Assembly: GCA_951406725.2 (NCBI GenBank)
Contig: OX597822.1
Location: 27,156,001-27,220,000, forward strand
DNA length: 64,000 nucleotides
Source of the DNA: Octopus vulgaris
Lineage: Eukaryota
Direction of reading: 5' to 3'
Within the stretch, counting starts at the first letter, position 1. Every line of letters starts with the position of its first letter. Made by a program: the position numbers and the translations under genes. The notes under the pieces were generated by a model. That model saw only the letters and a list, made by a program, of their open reading frames with translations. It had not been told where the DNA came from and did not search any database. Shown here one piece after another: positions 1-12,379 of this stretch.

Positions 1-185
1 TCAGAAATTAGAAACCAATATCTTTATTTATATTTTTACGATTTCAAAGTTCTTATTTTTAAAATTTGTTCTCTTTAAATATTTCGGAAACATTTTAACC
101 GGTAATTACTCAAGGGAAGACTCATTTAAACATTTCATAAACACACTGAAGCAGTTAACTTGATCGTTTATTATTTAGTGTAAAA

Positions 186-1003
186 AAGGTGGCCAGCTGG
201 CAGAAACGTTAACACGCCGGGCGAAATGCTTAGCAGTATTTCGTCTGTCTTCCCATTCTGAGTTCAAATTCCGCCGAGGTCGACTTTACTATTCATCCTT
301 TCGGGGTCGATAAATCAAGTACCAGTTACGCACTGGTTTATCGACTTAATCCGTCTGTCTCTCCTTGTTTGTCCTCTCTGTGTTTAGCCCCTTGTGGGTA
401 GTAAGGAAAAAAATATATATTTCGTCTGCCTTTACATTCTGAGTTCAAATTCAGCCGAGGTCGACTTTGCCTTTCATCATTTCGGGGTCGAATAAATAAG
501 TATCAGTTACGCACAGAGGTCGATATAATCGACTTAATCCGTTTGTCTATCCTTGTTTGTCCCCTCTGTGTTTAACCCCTTGTGGGTAGAAAGAAATAGG
601 TATTTCGTATATCGCTAAGTTCCGAGTTCAAATTTCGCCGGGGTCGACTTTGCCTTTCATCCTTTCAGGTGGATAAATTAAGTATCCATGGAGTACTGGG
701 GTCGATGTAATCAATTTTAATCTCTCCTTCAAATTTCAGGCCTTGTGCCTATAGTAGAAAGGATTATCCAATGTCAAAAGGACAGTGAAGTGGTAGAATC
801 ACTACCCCAGCAAATGTAGCAGCATTTATTCTGAAGTCTTTACGTTCTGATATCAAATTCCGACGAGGTCAACTTCCATCCTTTCGAGTCTTTAAGATAA
901 GGTACCTGCCAAGTACTGGGTCGATGTAATCGACAAGTTCCCCCCTCCCCCACCGCCCACCACCACTGCAAATCGCTGGCCTTGTGCTAAAATTTATACG
1001 AAT
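186..1003 (+). mobile_element. Head-to-tail cluster of four family-A tRNA-derived SINE units (about 186-412, 418-598, 599-766, 778-1003)
   Basis: Repeated core gagttcaaattccgccgaggtcgactttgcctttcatcctttcggggtcgataaa; units 2-3 lack the 5' head and start at tatttcgt; two different 3' tails. Confidence 0.9.
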
Positions 1004-1295
1004 TATTTGGTGACAAAATTTTCATCTAATTATCTGCGTGCGACTTGGTCACTGGTACAGTCCCACTTTTATAAAAATCAAGTTCAAGTTTGATTGCGAA
1101 CAGGAATTGAACTGAGAATCGCAAATTTAGTATATAAAGGGAGAGATAAAAATAAAAAAAAAACGTAGCATGGTACTCTACTTTAAAGTACTGACTAATC
1201 CTCATCACCTATGGCTGAATTTGTAATGGTTTCTTCTGACTTCTAAACTACAAAAATTTTAGCCGATATAGTATGGGATATGAGTAGTTCGCAAA

Positions 1296-1524
1296 AAGGC
1301 GGCGAGCTGGCAGAAACGTTAGCACGTCGGGCGAAATGCTTAGCAGTATTTCGTCTGCCACTACGTTCTGAGTTCAAATTCCGCCGAGGTCGACTTTGCC
1401 TTTCATTCTTTCGGGGTCGATTAAATAAGTACCAGTTACGCACTGGGGTCGATGTAATCGACTTAATCCGTTTGTTTGTCCTCTGTGTTTAGCGCCTTGT
1501 GTGTAGTAAAGAAATATATATAAA
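1296..1524 (+). mobile_element. Full-length family-A SINE
   Basis: ggcggcgagctggcagaaacgttagc head, B-box-like gagttcaaattcc, tail ...gtagtaaagaaata; 11-bp TSD tagttcgcaaa at 1285-1295 and 1525-1535. Confidence 0.95.
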
Positions 1525-4500
1525 TAGTTCGCAAACAGTTTCAGTGATTTTATTAGTAATGAAGAATAGAAAAAAAACACGTTTCGGTCACTTGTCCAAT
1601 TTCTGAGAGATAGAGAGGAAGAGAGATAGAGAGAGGGGAGGAAGAGAGAGAGAAGTAAAGATGCGGCGAAAGAAATTTTATTGCCTCGTTTATAAAAACT
1701 ATAGAATAACCAAGCTTTGAATAAAAATTTCAGTGTGGTTATTGTTTTCTGCTGGAGTAGCAACAACACTACGTAATTAATAAGAGTTTCGCTGGAATGC
1801 GCTCCTGAATGAAATCTCTCAGTGAGTATGGCCAAAAGATGAATTCTTACTCACTGGTTTCATCTATATTCCCAAATGTACAATGGTAGTAGCCATGGTT
1901 ATATCTGTATTTCTGATACAAAAAATGGCAATGATAATGGGTTTGGGTTAATTGCTTCATTAAATATAATTGCTCTCAACAATTTAGAAGACAGTTAAAT
2001 AGCCTTCGGAGAGTTATCCTGGTTATAGTTTCCACAGGAGCAATAAAAATATTAACTTATGAATCAATATTTTTAATATAGGAGCAATAACCTAAATAAT
2101 CTCGTCGCATTTATAATAGACGCATACCCACAGGGTTCTGTAATTATCATTTCTGCAAAAAGAGCATTGCAATTTGCTTGAAGCAACGGGTTTAAAATCG
2201 AAAATGTGATTTAAAAAAAAAATTGAGTAATGTAGGTGAGAAGGTTGGCAAATTGTATTATAAATATAAATGAGTAGATATTGTATTAATTTCCGTAGGT
2301 TGTTTAATGCTTCTATAATATTTCGGGAAGGATTCCCTTTATCAAATATAAGAACGAAAAATAGATTGTGAACAATGACTCTCAAATGCCCTTACATTTT
2401 AGTAAAACACAATAGTTATTAGAAGAATATATACAGTCTCACTGCCAAGATCTTCCAGTAGATATCTTAAGACCCAGGTTAGCAGTTTTGTTGGGAAATA
2501 CGCGCTGCAAGTGACGGGAGAAATTTGTGAAATAATCTGTATAGTTTACAAGGAAGGATGAACTGTTATGTCAAATCTGAAGACCAAATCTAATGGACGG
2601 ACGTTATTATTGTATGTGTAACGAGATAAAAATGGATTGTAAATATGGAAGAGGGAGACGAGTATAAGCAAGGGTGTGGATGCGTCTGTGTTTGTGCGCG
2701 CACCTGCGCATTTGTGAATTTGTAATCTGGCTTAGTACAAAATCCAGTCAGTAAACATTACATTTCCGCTTCGAATATCGATATTGGTGTCTATAGTAAA
2801 TAAATCACCCGAAGATGGCAAAACTGATAACGTCAGCCATGTATAATAGTGAATATGTAAAATAGGCAAAAGAGATCTGAAGAGTAAAATCTGAGCTTGG
2901 CATCTACATTAATTCCCATGACAAAATAAGTTACATAAAGGATTGCTGCGGGGTTGCGCAAGATATGGAGATTACTCAGTAATTAATGCAGATAGTGTAA
3001 CTCGGATATATTTCAGTCAGATATATATAGTGGAGATCTTTGTTGATATCTCTGTTGAGTATGACAGAATTGAAGGTGATGACTAGGCAGAATCGTAGAG
3101 TGATGGACAGACTGTCTCATCGTATTTATTTGGACTCAGTTCGTATTCGCTTCATATCCCATCCGAGTTAATTTTAATTTCATTTTTCGGTTCGATAAAG
3201 CAGCACCAAACCAGACGGCAACTCTTGTACCAGTAATAAAACTGAATGATTTACCATGGACAACGTCTGCAGCACGACGTGAGGAGAGTTGCATGTCTAA
3301 TAAACAATAAAGATACACACTTGCCTAGGTCTGTGCATACAGCTACAGAAATATAATTTCTGCTGACAAATAAAGGCTCCATCTGGTAAAATTGAATATA
3401 AGCTTCCGAAAAACCAAGACGGAAGCCCATTTCGATTTTTCCTTAGAGCTCTTTTAATTTACTGACGTTGCTGTTTCTCCATAGGTAAAGTGTCAAAAAC
3501 CAATTTTCAATGGATCACAGTTAGGAACTGACGCTGTTAAGTTGTGGCTGTCATACATCTAGCAATGAGATTGATGACCTTTTGACCTTAGTCTAAGAAA
3601 GTTGATTCCAAGCAGCAATAGAAGCCAGCTGAATTAGTAGGCTCAAATGAAACCCACGTTTTTATTCTCATCTTTACCTTTATAATCTAAAGTTTCAGTT
3701 ATTCATATTTTATATGAAATGATTTTTATCATTGGCATAAAACCAGTTTTTATTGGGAGAAGTGCATTCGATTGCATTGATCGAGCAGTCGATTACTGAT
3801 CTTTATCGATTCTAATGGGATTTACACTCGGAGTTTATAATTCCGAAAGTAAAATGCTGAAGGTATTTACTCCGTCGCTTCGCTGTATCTGCTAAATCAG
3901 CAGCTTTCTTCTATCTCATTGATTCACTTTATCATTTCCTTAATTCATTCTTCCTCCCATTCTTTGCATTCTCTTTTATGTTCGTTCGGATTCACCAATT
4001 GTAATTCAATAACAAGGACATGCAAATTGTTAACTAAAAAGAAAAAAAAAATACAGGCCTGAATGAAGGAGAGGAATGGCACAACAACAACGACAGCAAC
4101 AACGACGAGAAGAAGACCCAACATAATATTACTACTGCATCCTTTACATTATTGAATATGGATGCTCAAAGCACAATAACTCCAACAACAACAGCGAAAT
4201 CAATAACATTTAAAGACGTTACGTGACAATATAATTATGGCGATCAAGCTGATCGTTAATCGAAGTCTATTGTAAGAAGAATTTCTATGAAATCGCCTAA
4301 TTTTCTTCTAACATCGCCTTTTCTTTCTATACACTGTGTTCCTAGAATTATTGATTAATTAATTGATTGGTTAATTGATTTTGTTTGCATAACAGAGCAA
4401 CATAATAATGTAAGAGAGATATTGTTGTTTAAAACTAAGACTGTGCGAAGAAGGTGAGGGATAACCTCACCAGACATGTTACAAAATCAACGAGGACGGA

Positions 4501-4994
4501 GTCTTTTTCGCCTCTGTGTATTCACTCCACATGCCAGAAGCAGCAAGTTATTGCTCCCTCGAATCACAGTTCTACTCTGTTAGAAAACCCGGGCACGTTT
4601 GATGAGATGGTCGTGAGTGTACTATGTTAGAGGGAAAAGTGATGGAGTGGCCACGGTTGGAATGCATTCGGCTGTATGTTTGATCGGTTCAACAAAATAC
4701 CACCTACAAGTAAGACGGAAGCAATAACAGTAACTGTTTCTTTTGCGATTTATGTACCGTAGAGTAAGATGTATGCTCTCAATGAATAATTTTTGTTTTC
4801 TGGTTCACATACGCTACTAATCCCGTTCCTTTCTATAGCTTCGTTTTCGTCTAAGAAATTAACACTAAACTAACAGTAATTGTTATTTTTAAAAGCTGTA
4901 TGACGAAATTGTATGTTTTTCGGAAGTATTTGATTCTTGAGAGTATGTAAAAATTCACATAGGCGGTATTGGTGTGACAATCACTCAGCCAGGC

Positions 4995-5099
4995 AATCAA
5001 TCACTTTCAATCAATCGATCGATCGATCAATCAATCTACCTACCTACCTATCTACCTACCTACCTACCTACCTACATAATCTATCAGCCTGCCTGCCTG

Positions 5100-5152
<53 letters not shown>
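4995..5152. repeat. Compound tetranucleotide microsatellite (TCAA/CTAC/CTGC/CTAT)n
   Basis: Direct reading. Confidence 0.95.
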
Positions 5153-5153
<1 letters not shown>

Positions 5154-6117
5154 ATTTTAAAAAATTCTACTATACCTACATTTCTATCTTTGTAAGTATG
5201 TATATATGTATGTATCTAACATACGGATAAAAATTTAAACGAAACCCTAAATAATTTCAGTGCCCCAGCATGGCCTCAGCCGTTGCGTTTCTACACATGA
5301 GAAGGTAAAAGAAATATTCGCAGTTGTTTGCTAAGGATTTTTAACTTTGATTTCACTATGTGTCGATTTAGCTAACCATCCGCCTTTTTATCTTCTATCC
5401 ACCAGTGTACCTACCTATTCACATAGATCCATTTACAGATTGAAGATATAGAAACGGGTGAACGTTAAAATCTGTAATATCTTAACTCTTATTTTTATTG
5501 TCTGCCGCAACATTCTGTTATACGACGTTTAAAATCATGTAACTGCTTACCACACCAGCATTCCTTTCAGTGAACACTCAGTCACTCACTCAGTCACTCA
5601 GTCACTCACTCTCTCTCTCTCTCTCTCTCCACTTTATTGCCTCTCGCTTCAGCTGTATCACATGTCCCTGCACTAAACATGTTTCTAAATTTCTCTACTT
5701 ACTACCTCTTTATTTAACAAATTCGCCACAATGTAAATAGCAATATCTTTCTCTTGTCTCTCAGCACTAACACTCTTCTTCCCTCCCCCCCTCTCTCTCT
5801 CTCTCTCTCTCGCTCTCTCTCTCTTACTCTTGCTCTCTCCGCATATCCATTGGACTAACCACTAGACAGCATCACACACACGGTCTTACCGTAATAACTA
5901 TTACTTTTTCCCACCTCATGTCATTAACACTTCTCTCCAGATCCTTTTCTCTCACCTCTCCCTTCAACTGACCATTCGACCTTAGTGTATTAATATATAG
6001 ATACTGGATACGAGAATATCATATCAACGCTTTTCCTCTTCACTCCACCACGCCTCACCTCAAAATATTGGGATTTTGTAATTTAGTATTTCCGAAATGT
6101 TTAGATTCTGACATGAA

Positions 6118-6148
<31 letters not shown>

Positions 6149-6619
6149 ATGGTTGCATGTATGTGCGTGTGTATGTGTGTGTGTGTGTGTGTGTGTTTAT
6201 GTGTGTGTGTTAAGCCGATGTGCATCGGTAAAAGTATATAAACATCAGTGAGAAACATAGAAACCAGTGTCACCACTTCTTGTTACCCTCGATGTCGGAA
6301 ATGTAGCGAATAAATGATTGGCCAGTTTTGTTCACAAACTGATATATATATATATATAAACACGCACACACACACAAACAAACACACGCACATATATATA
6401 CTGAGAGATAGATGTACATGCGTAAACAAATATTCAAATATGCCTAAAGAAAGCAGCGGTCAGCGGCACTTGCGTGGTTGCGTAACAAGTTACCGACTAA
6501 TATTCTTCTAGCTAAAATTTCGATATCTTGCTTGAGGCACAGAAACACAAATTCATGGACGAGCAAAAATAGATGAGCAACGACAAAGAAAATCATTGGT
6601 GCTATCTGTTCCGACTGTC

Positions 6620-6785
6620 TATGTTCTGAGTTCAAATCTCACTGAAATCAACTTTGCCTTTGTTCTTTCATCCTTTTGGAGTCAGTAAACTGTAGAACTA
6701 ACCAGTCAGGTACAGGAGTCAATTAACGCGACGAAACCTATTCCCAACAAATTTTCTGCCCTTGAGCCTATGCTGGAAACAATAA
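6620..6785 (+). mobile_element. Degenerate family-A SINE 3' part
   Basis: gttctgagttcaaatc...actttgcc...ttcatccttttggagtc. Confidence 0.7.
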
Positions 6786-6999
6786 CACGAAGTACAAATC
6801 GTGGTTGTTGTTATCGTTTACGCCTAGATCAGGGTATTTCGAGCATATCAAGTGACCGTATACAAATGTTTCATCAACTGTTATGACGTTCACATGCCGT
6901 CACTGTTTAGCCTTAATCATATCCAAATAAAGCAGCCTTCTGATCAAACACATTCCAGCTGTTACCGTCACGTCATTCTTTTCGTAGACATACGCTGTG

Positions 7000-7001
<2 letters not shown>

Positions 7002-7041
<40 letters not shown>

Positions 7042-7054
7042 AGTCATCTATCTG

Positions 7055-7100
<46 letters not shown>

Positions 7101-7223
7101 CATCCATCCATCCATCCATCCATCCATCCATCCATCCATCCATCCATCCATCCATCCATCTATCTATCTATCTATCTATCTAGCTAGCTAGCTAGCTAGC
7201 TATGTATGCATGCATATATATAT

Positions 7224-7274
<51 letters not shown>

Positions 7275-7295
7275 TACATATATATACATATATAT

Positions 7296-7326
<31 letters not shown>

Positions 7327-7357
7327 CATACATATATATATATATATATATACATAC

Positions 7358-7388
<31 letters not shown>

Positions 7389-7405
7389 CATACATATATA
7401 TATAT

Positions 7406-7448
<43 letters not shown>

Positions 7449-7477
7449 CATATATATATATATACATACATATATAT

Positions 7478-7520
<43 letters not shown>

Positions 7521-7663
7521 CATATATATATACATATATATATATACATATATATTTATACATACATATATATATATAGAGAGAGAGAGAAAGAGGGAGA
7601 GAGAGGGAGAGAGAGAGAGAAGGAGGGAGAGAGAGGAAGAGAGAGAGAGAGGGAGAGAGAGAG
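7002..7663. repeat. Compound microsatellite (TG)n-(TCTA)n-(TCCA)n-(TAGC)n-(TA/TACA)n-(GA)n
   Basis: Direct reading. Confidence 0.97.
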
Positions 7664-8012
7664 AGCTGTTTCCAGTAGTCGTTATAAGTAGACTACTGAT
7701 AGGTTAACTAAATTTGTCTATTGATCAGTTGAGAAAAATTGAACGACCTACAAAAAAAAATAAAATAAATGCTACTTTCGTCAGAGGCATTTCTGATCAT
7801 AACCAGAAATGGCTCCGACGAAAGTAGCATTAAACCAGAAATGGCTCTGACGAATGTAGCATTGATCTTTTTAGGTCGTTCAATCTTTCTTAACTGATCA
7901 ATAGACCAACTGAGTAAACCTATCAGTAATGTACCTATAATGACTACTTGAAACAACTGTAAGCCAAATTTGCTCCAGTAACGGGAAAATATATAATGAC
8001 CATCATTTTTAA
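7664..8012 (+). mobile_element. Penelope-like terminal repeat with 5' inverted copy (fold-back)
   Basis: 7664-7797 is a diverged reverse complement of about 7833-7958; 32-bp tandem duplication 7801-7832/7833-7864; contains a hammerhead motif. Confidence 0.7.
7842..7966 (+). ncRNA. Type-I hammerhead ribozyme motif with long stem II
   Basis: tggct CTGACGA atgtag...ctactt GAAAC aact GTA agcca; stem I tggct/agcca. Confidence 0.65.
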
Positions 8013-8034
8013 CTTGCATACACACACACACACT

Positions 8035-8082
<48 letters not shown>

Positions 8083-8089
<7 letters not shown>

Positions 8090-8372
8090 GATGTTGCACG
8101 CCTTCATGTCCCTTTTGCAAACATCCTTGTATGTCTTCCCACAGACCCAGCGCCCCTAGCAATCTCTCTGTTGAGTATGGAAGATGGCAGAATTCCTAAG
8201 GACATACTCTATGGAGAGCTTGCTAGGTCTGTGGGAAGACCGTTCCTACGATACAAGGATGCTTGCCAAAGGGACATGAAGGCCTGCAACATCAATATTA
8301 GCAACTGGGAAGCAGTTGCCAGCAACCGTGGAGATTGGCGACGTACCGTAAAAGAGGGAACACCAAGGAGTG

Positions 8373-8428
<56 letters not shown>

Positions 8429-8645
8429 GGAAAGACAATAAAAGACGTCAACAAGAAACTATGACATTACAGCCAGCCAGGCAAAGTCTTTGCTATATTT
8501 GCGGCACCCGCCAGAGGGAGTGTTCGTCCAGGATTGGACTACACAGCCACAGCAGGAAATGTATTAGGACATGAAATGTAAAAGCCGGACTATATTATTC
8601 TATGCGCAACTCCATTGTCTCCCGAGACAAAAAGGATGTCAACAA
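8083..8645 (+). mobile_element. RTE-clade LINE 3' fragment with upstream inverted duplicate and internal (GA)n
   Basis: MEDGRIPKDILYGEL...GRPFLRYKDACQRDMKACNINISNWEAVASNRGDWR and C-terminal CYICG...CSSRIGLHSHSRKC are typical RTE ORF ends; 8083-8168 is an inverted copy of about 8214-8300. Confidence 0.88.
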
Positions 8646-8654
8646 TACTATCTG

Positions 8655-8787
<133 letters not shown>

Positions 8788-9400
8788 ATATATAAAGCAA
8801 AAGAAAAACATGAAATAATCCAAAGAACAACAAGATCGAGGCCTCTCATTTTGACTATAACATTTAAGTAAACCGGTTTAACATAGGATTCAACCTAATT
8901 AATTTTTTTGTCTTAATTTCTTTCTGTTTATGTCTCTGAACTCTAATCTAGCTCGGTTTTCTTGCAGTCACATCTGCTGACCTTAATCGGTTAGCAAACG
9001 CAGATCAATAGAGTATTATTGAGCTGGATGACTGGATGAAGTGGGTAAAAACACAAAGAAAAAAAAATAAGTAAAAAGTAGACGAATAGAAAATAACGAA
9101 GGATTTCGTTAATCTTATTTATGAATGTGATTTGTTAACATTACAAAATACCGAGGAAAACCCAATTTATCGTTTTTAATTCATTTAAAAATCGTCTTTT
9201 CGTTTCTATCCTTATACACACCCACACATACATACACGGATGCATACCTATGTTGTACATTCACACGCACACAATTGTGTATGTGCAAAGATATATATAT
9301 ATATACATACACATTTATATATGCATTTATATAACTACAAAGACAAATGCATACATACATATGTATGTAAATACACACACACACACAAACACACACACAT

Positions 9401-9499
<99 letters not shown>

Positions 9500-9519
9500 T
9501 ATATACGTACGAGAGAGAT

Positions 9520-9550
9520 ACCTGTAAACCTACTTTTAGGCCATCCTGTA
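9520..9550 (-). mobile_element. Tc1/mariner-type MITE terminus fragment (related copy at 14738-14775, + strand)
   Basis: TA-caggatggcctaaaagtaggtttacag versus TA-ctgggtggtgcaaaaataggtatacag. Confidence 0.5.
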
Positions 9551-9587
9551 TAATGATGTATACATATATGTACATATCTACGCGCAC

Positions 9588-9623
<36 letters not shown>

Positions 9624-9627
<4 letters not shown>

Positions 9628-9955
9628 TTTAGGGAATAAATCCAAATTTACAGGGAAAAAATCAGATTTAGGATTAAATCCAATTTTATAGTAAAATATT
9701 ATAAAATATTAATTAGAGACATGACCACTATTTTGCAAAACAAACAAGGAAAGACTTAATCAATACATAAAATTTTAATAAAAATTTAAAAAAACCGCCA
9801 CTACAATTGTTTCATGTCTTGAACGACAATCTTCAGGTGGATTTCCGATTTTCAAATCAGTTTCAATTTATGAAATTTTTATTAAAATTTTATGTATTGA
9901 TTAAGTCTTTCCTTGTTTGTTTTGCAAAATAGTGGTTTTGTCTCTAATTAATATT
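9624..9955 (-). mobile_element. Penelope-like terminal repeat with inverted arms, flanked by (TA)n
   Basis: 83-bp inverted arms 9705-9787 / 9873-9955 (2 mismatches) enclose a hammerhead motif; a similar terminus occurs at 30537. Confidence 0.72.
9798..9840 (-). ncRNA. Minimal type-I hammerhead ribozyme motif
   Basis: Minus strand: ccac CTGAAGA t tgtc gttcaa gaca t GAAAC aatt GTA gtgg; intact core, palindromic stem III ACAATTGT. Confidence 0.8.
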
Positions 9956-10161
9956 ATATATATAATTAATATTATATATATATATATATATATATTTGTG
10001 TGTGTGTGTATACAGATATAGCTGGTTTGGCCTTCAGACTGGCAAGAAGGGACAAACATCCCTCTGTGACTCATCCAATAGATCACTATCACCTGATGAA
10101 ATGAATCAAAGATGATGATCAACCGGATGCCCACAGATAATATGGACTATACTGTACTAAT

Positions 10162-10569
10162 GCAGTTCTATATTTAAGAGATGAGGATTTGTGTACATTA
10201 TTTACATCTGACGGATATTTGACATCTTGTTAAAGGGCGGCGAGCTGGCAGAATCTTTAGCACGCCGGGCGAAATGCTTAGCGGCAATTCGTCTGCCTAC
10301 GGGCATATGGCGTAGCGGTTAAAAGCGCAGGCTACTAACCCCAAGATTCCGAGTTCGATTCCAAACAGTGACCTGAATAATAATAATGATGATGATAATA
10401 ATAATAATAATAATAATAATGATAATAATAATAATAGTAATAATAATAACATCGAAAAATAACTTAGGAATGAGAACCCAGGTTCGAAATTTGCCCAAGA
10501 CACCTGATGAAGGCCGGAGGGTATATCAGCCAAAACGTTGTGTTAAGAACAAACATCAAATGTAAATAA
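10162..10569 (+). mobile_element. Composite insertion: inverted tail fragment + family-A SINE head (10234-10297) + tRNA-headed element D (10298-10569) ending in a hammerhead-like motif
   Basis: A box tggcgtagcgg 10308-10318, B box gagttcgattcc 10351-10362, internal (AAT)n; 14-bp TSD tatactgtactaat at 10148-10161 and 10570-10583. Confidence 0.8.
10499..10544 (+). ncRNA. Hammerhead motif with one core substitution (GAAA to AAAA)
   Basis: gacac CTGATGA a ggccg gagggtatat cagcc AAAAC GTT gtgtt. Confidence 0.6.
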
Positions 10570-10592
10570 TATACTGTACTAATCCAAAGGAT

Positions 10593-10642
10593 ACCGACTC
10601 TGACGACAAAATCATCTGATTTGTGGAAACGTACGTAGCGGT
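10593..10642 (+). ncRNA. Minimal type-I hammerhead motif (intact core, imperfect stem I)
   Basis: accgact CTGACGA caaaatca tc tgatttgtg GAAAC gtac GTA gcggt; palindromic ACGTACGT. Confidence 0.65.
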
Positions 10643-10672
10643 GTATGAAATATTTATAAATACCATCCTAGA

Positions 10673-10703
<31 letters not shown>

Positions 10704-10704
10704 C

Positions 10705-10895
10705 ATTTCTCTATTGCCCACAGTGGGTTAAACATAGAAGAGACAAACAAGAACAGACAAAAGGGATTAATCGACCCCGAAAGGATGAAAGGCAAAGTCG
10801 ACCTCGGCGGAATTTGAACTCACAACGTAACGGCAGACGAATTACCGATGAGCATTTCGCCCGGCGAACTAACGATTTTGCCAGCTCGCCGCCCT
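10705..10895 (-). mobile_element. Family-A SINE with internal deletion
   Basis: Reverse complement of the 1296-1524 copy. Confidence 0.9.
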
Positions 10896-10901
10896 TATCA
10901 T

Positions 10902-10902
<1 letters not shown>

Positions 10903-10989
<87 letters not shown>

Positions 10990-11015
10990 CATACATATAT
11001 ATATATATACAATAC

Positions 11016-11072
<57 letters not shown>

Positions 11073-11095
11073 TATGTATGTGTATATATATATAT
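10903..11095. repeat. (TA)n/(TACA)n microsatellite
   Basis: Direct reading. Confidence 0.97.
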
Positions 11096-11370
11096 GCGTG
11101 TGTGTGTACACACGCATACACATGCATACCTACACGTATAAATATATATTTACAGACACAACCATACAAATAAGTATACACCCAGCGATTTATATAACCA
11201 CGTATTCTTGCACTATATGTGTGTGTGGTTGTATGTGCACATGTGTATGAATGTACGTGTATTTGCGTATTGCGTGTTTAATAACTCACGTACTCTCACC
11301 ACGTTCTCACACATTCATACACTCACACATGAACCATCCGCATTTTCTCTGTATTATTATAATTATCATC

Positions 11371-11423
<53 letters not shown>

Positions 11424-12379
11424 CATTATTATTATTATTATCATTAGTATTTGTGTACACTGAATGCACTCATTCTCACCCCTGCGCACACACACACAAG
11501 TTGTTATGGTCTCTGTGTAGTTGTGTAGTTATGTATTTATGTGTGTATGTGTAGGTGTAGACCAACGAAGCAGACTCGTGTATACATGTCTTAGATATCT
11601 CAATGAATTGGATTAGATGAAAAGATGACGTGGGTGGCTTTTGTGTTCTGAACCGTGGTCAAATCTCTATAAACGTAGATGAAGATAAAAAGAGAGAGAG
11701 AGAAGGAGAAAGACTGACATGGAGAAAATAAGAATGGAGAGAGAGAGTGAAAGAGAGAGTGAGAGAGAGAGAAAGAGAGAGAAATGGGGGTAGAAATAAA
11801 AAGAACGAGAGAGAGGGAGGGAGAGAGAGAACAGAAACAGGCAGAGTATGAATGTAAGAGTGGTTGAAGACAGAGGGGAAAATAAGGTAAATGATAATAT
11901 ATAACTAGATTATGATCTTCCCTCACCCACACCCACACGCCTGCAGCCACTCTAAATAAGTAGTATTATTCAAGGCAAAGATTAATAACATCATAACAAA
12001 TATCAGAGCAAACAGTAATCCGGCATAACAAATAGCAATTACTATCAATGTTAATCGCAAGGTCACGTGTGTATGCAAGGATGTTCTTGCTAAAGGATAG
12101 GTACACTAAAATAGGATGTACGAATTCACTATCCTCATTGACTATTCATAGATGTGGTATCAACTATTCGAACCAACTAACATATTCCTAGACGAGGTCA
12201 TTCGTGTCCATCAGTTAGTTTGAACCCCTTGCTTGGACTTTGATGGATGTGGTACCTGAATCTGTCTAAAACAAAGGAACACAAGGAGTTTAGAAACCCC
12301 ATGAATGTTTTATAAAAATGTATTTGGAAATTTCAAAAAGGCAGAGAGACAATATATTTCAGATAAGATTCATGCACTA

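Noticed and set aside
1243-1492. Recurrent peptides such as [15 protein letters not shown] and [15 protein letters not shown]
   Set aside because: They recur because they are translations of the family-A SINE, not a gene family
7192-7707. Long ORFs of YI/CV/HT/ER repeats (also near 9.2k, 10.8k, 20k, 37.4k, 41.1k, 49.8k, 59.1k)
   Set aside because: They are translations of stop-free microsatellites with no coding signal
10298-10370. tRNA-like heads of SINEs as true tRNA genes
   Set aside because: A and B boxes are present, but acceptor stems are incomplete and the heads run into repeat bodies
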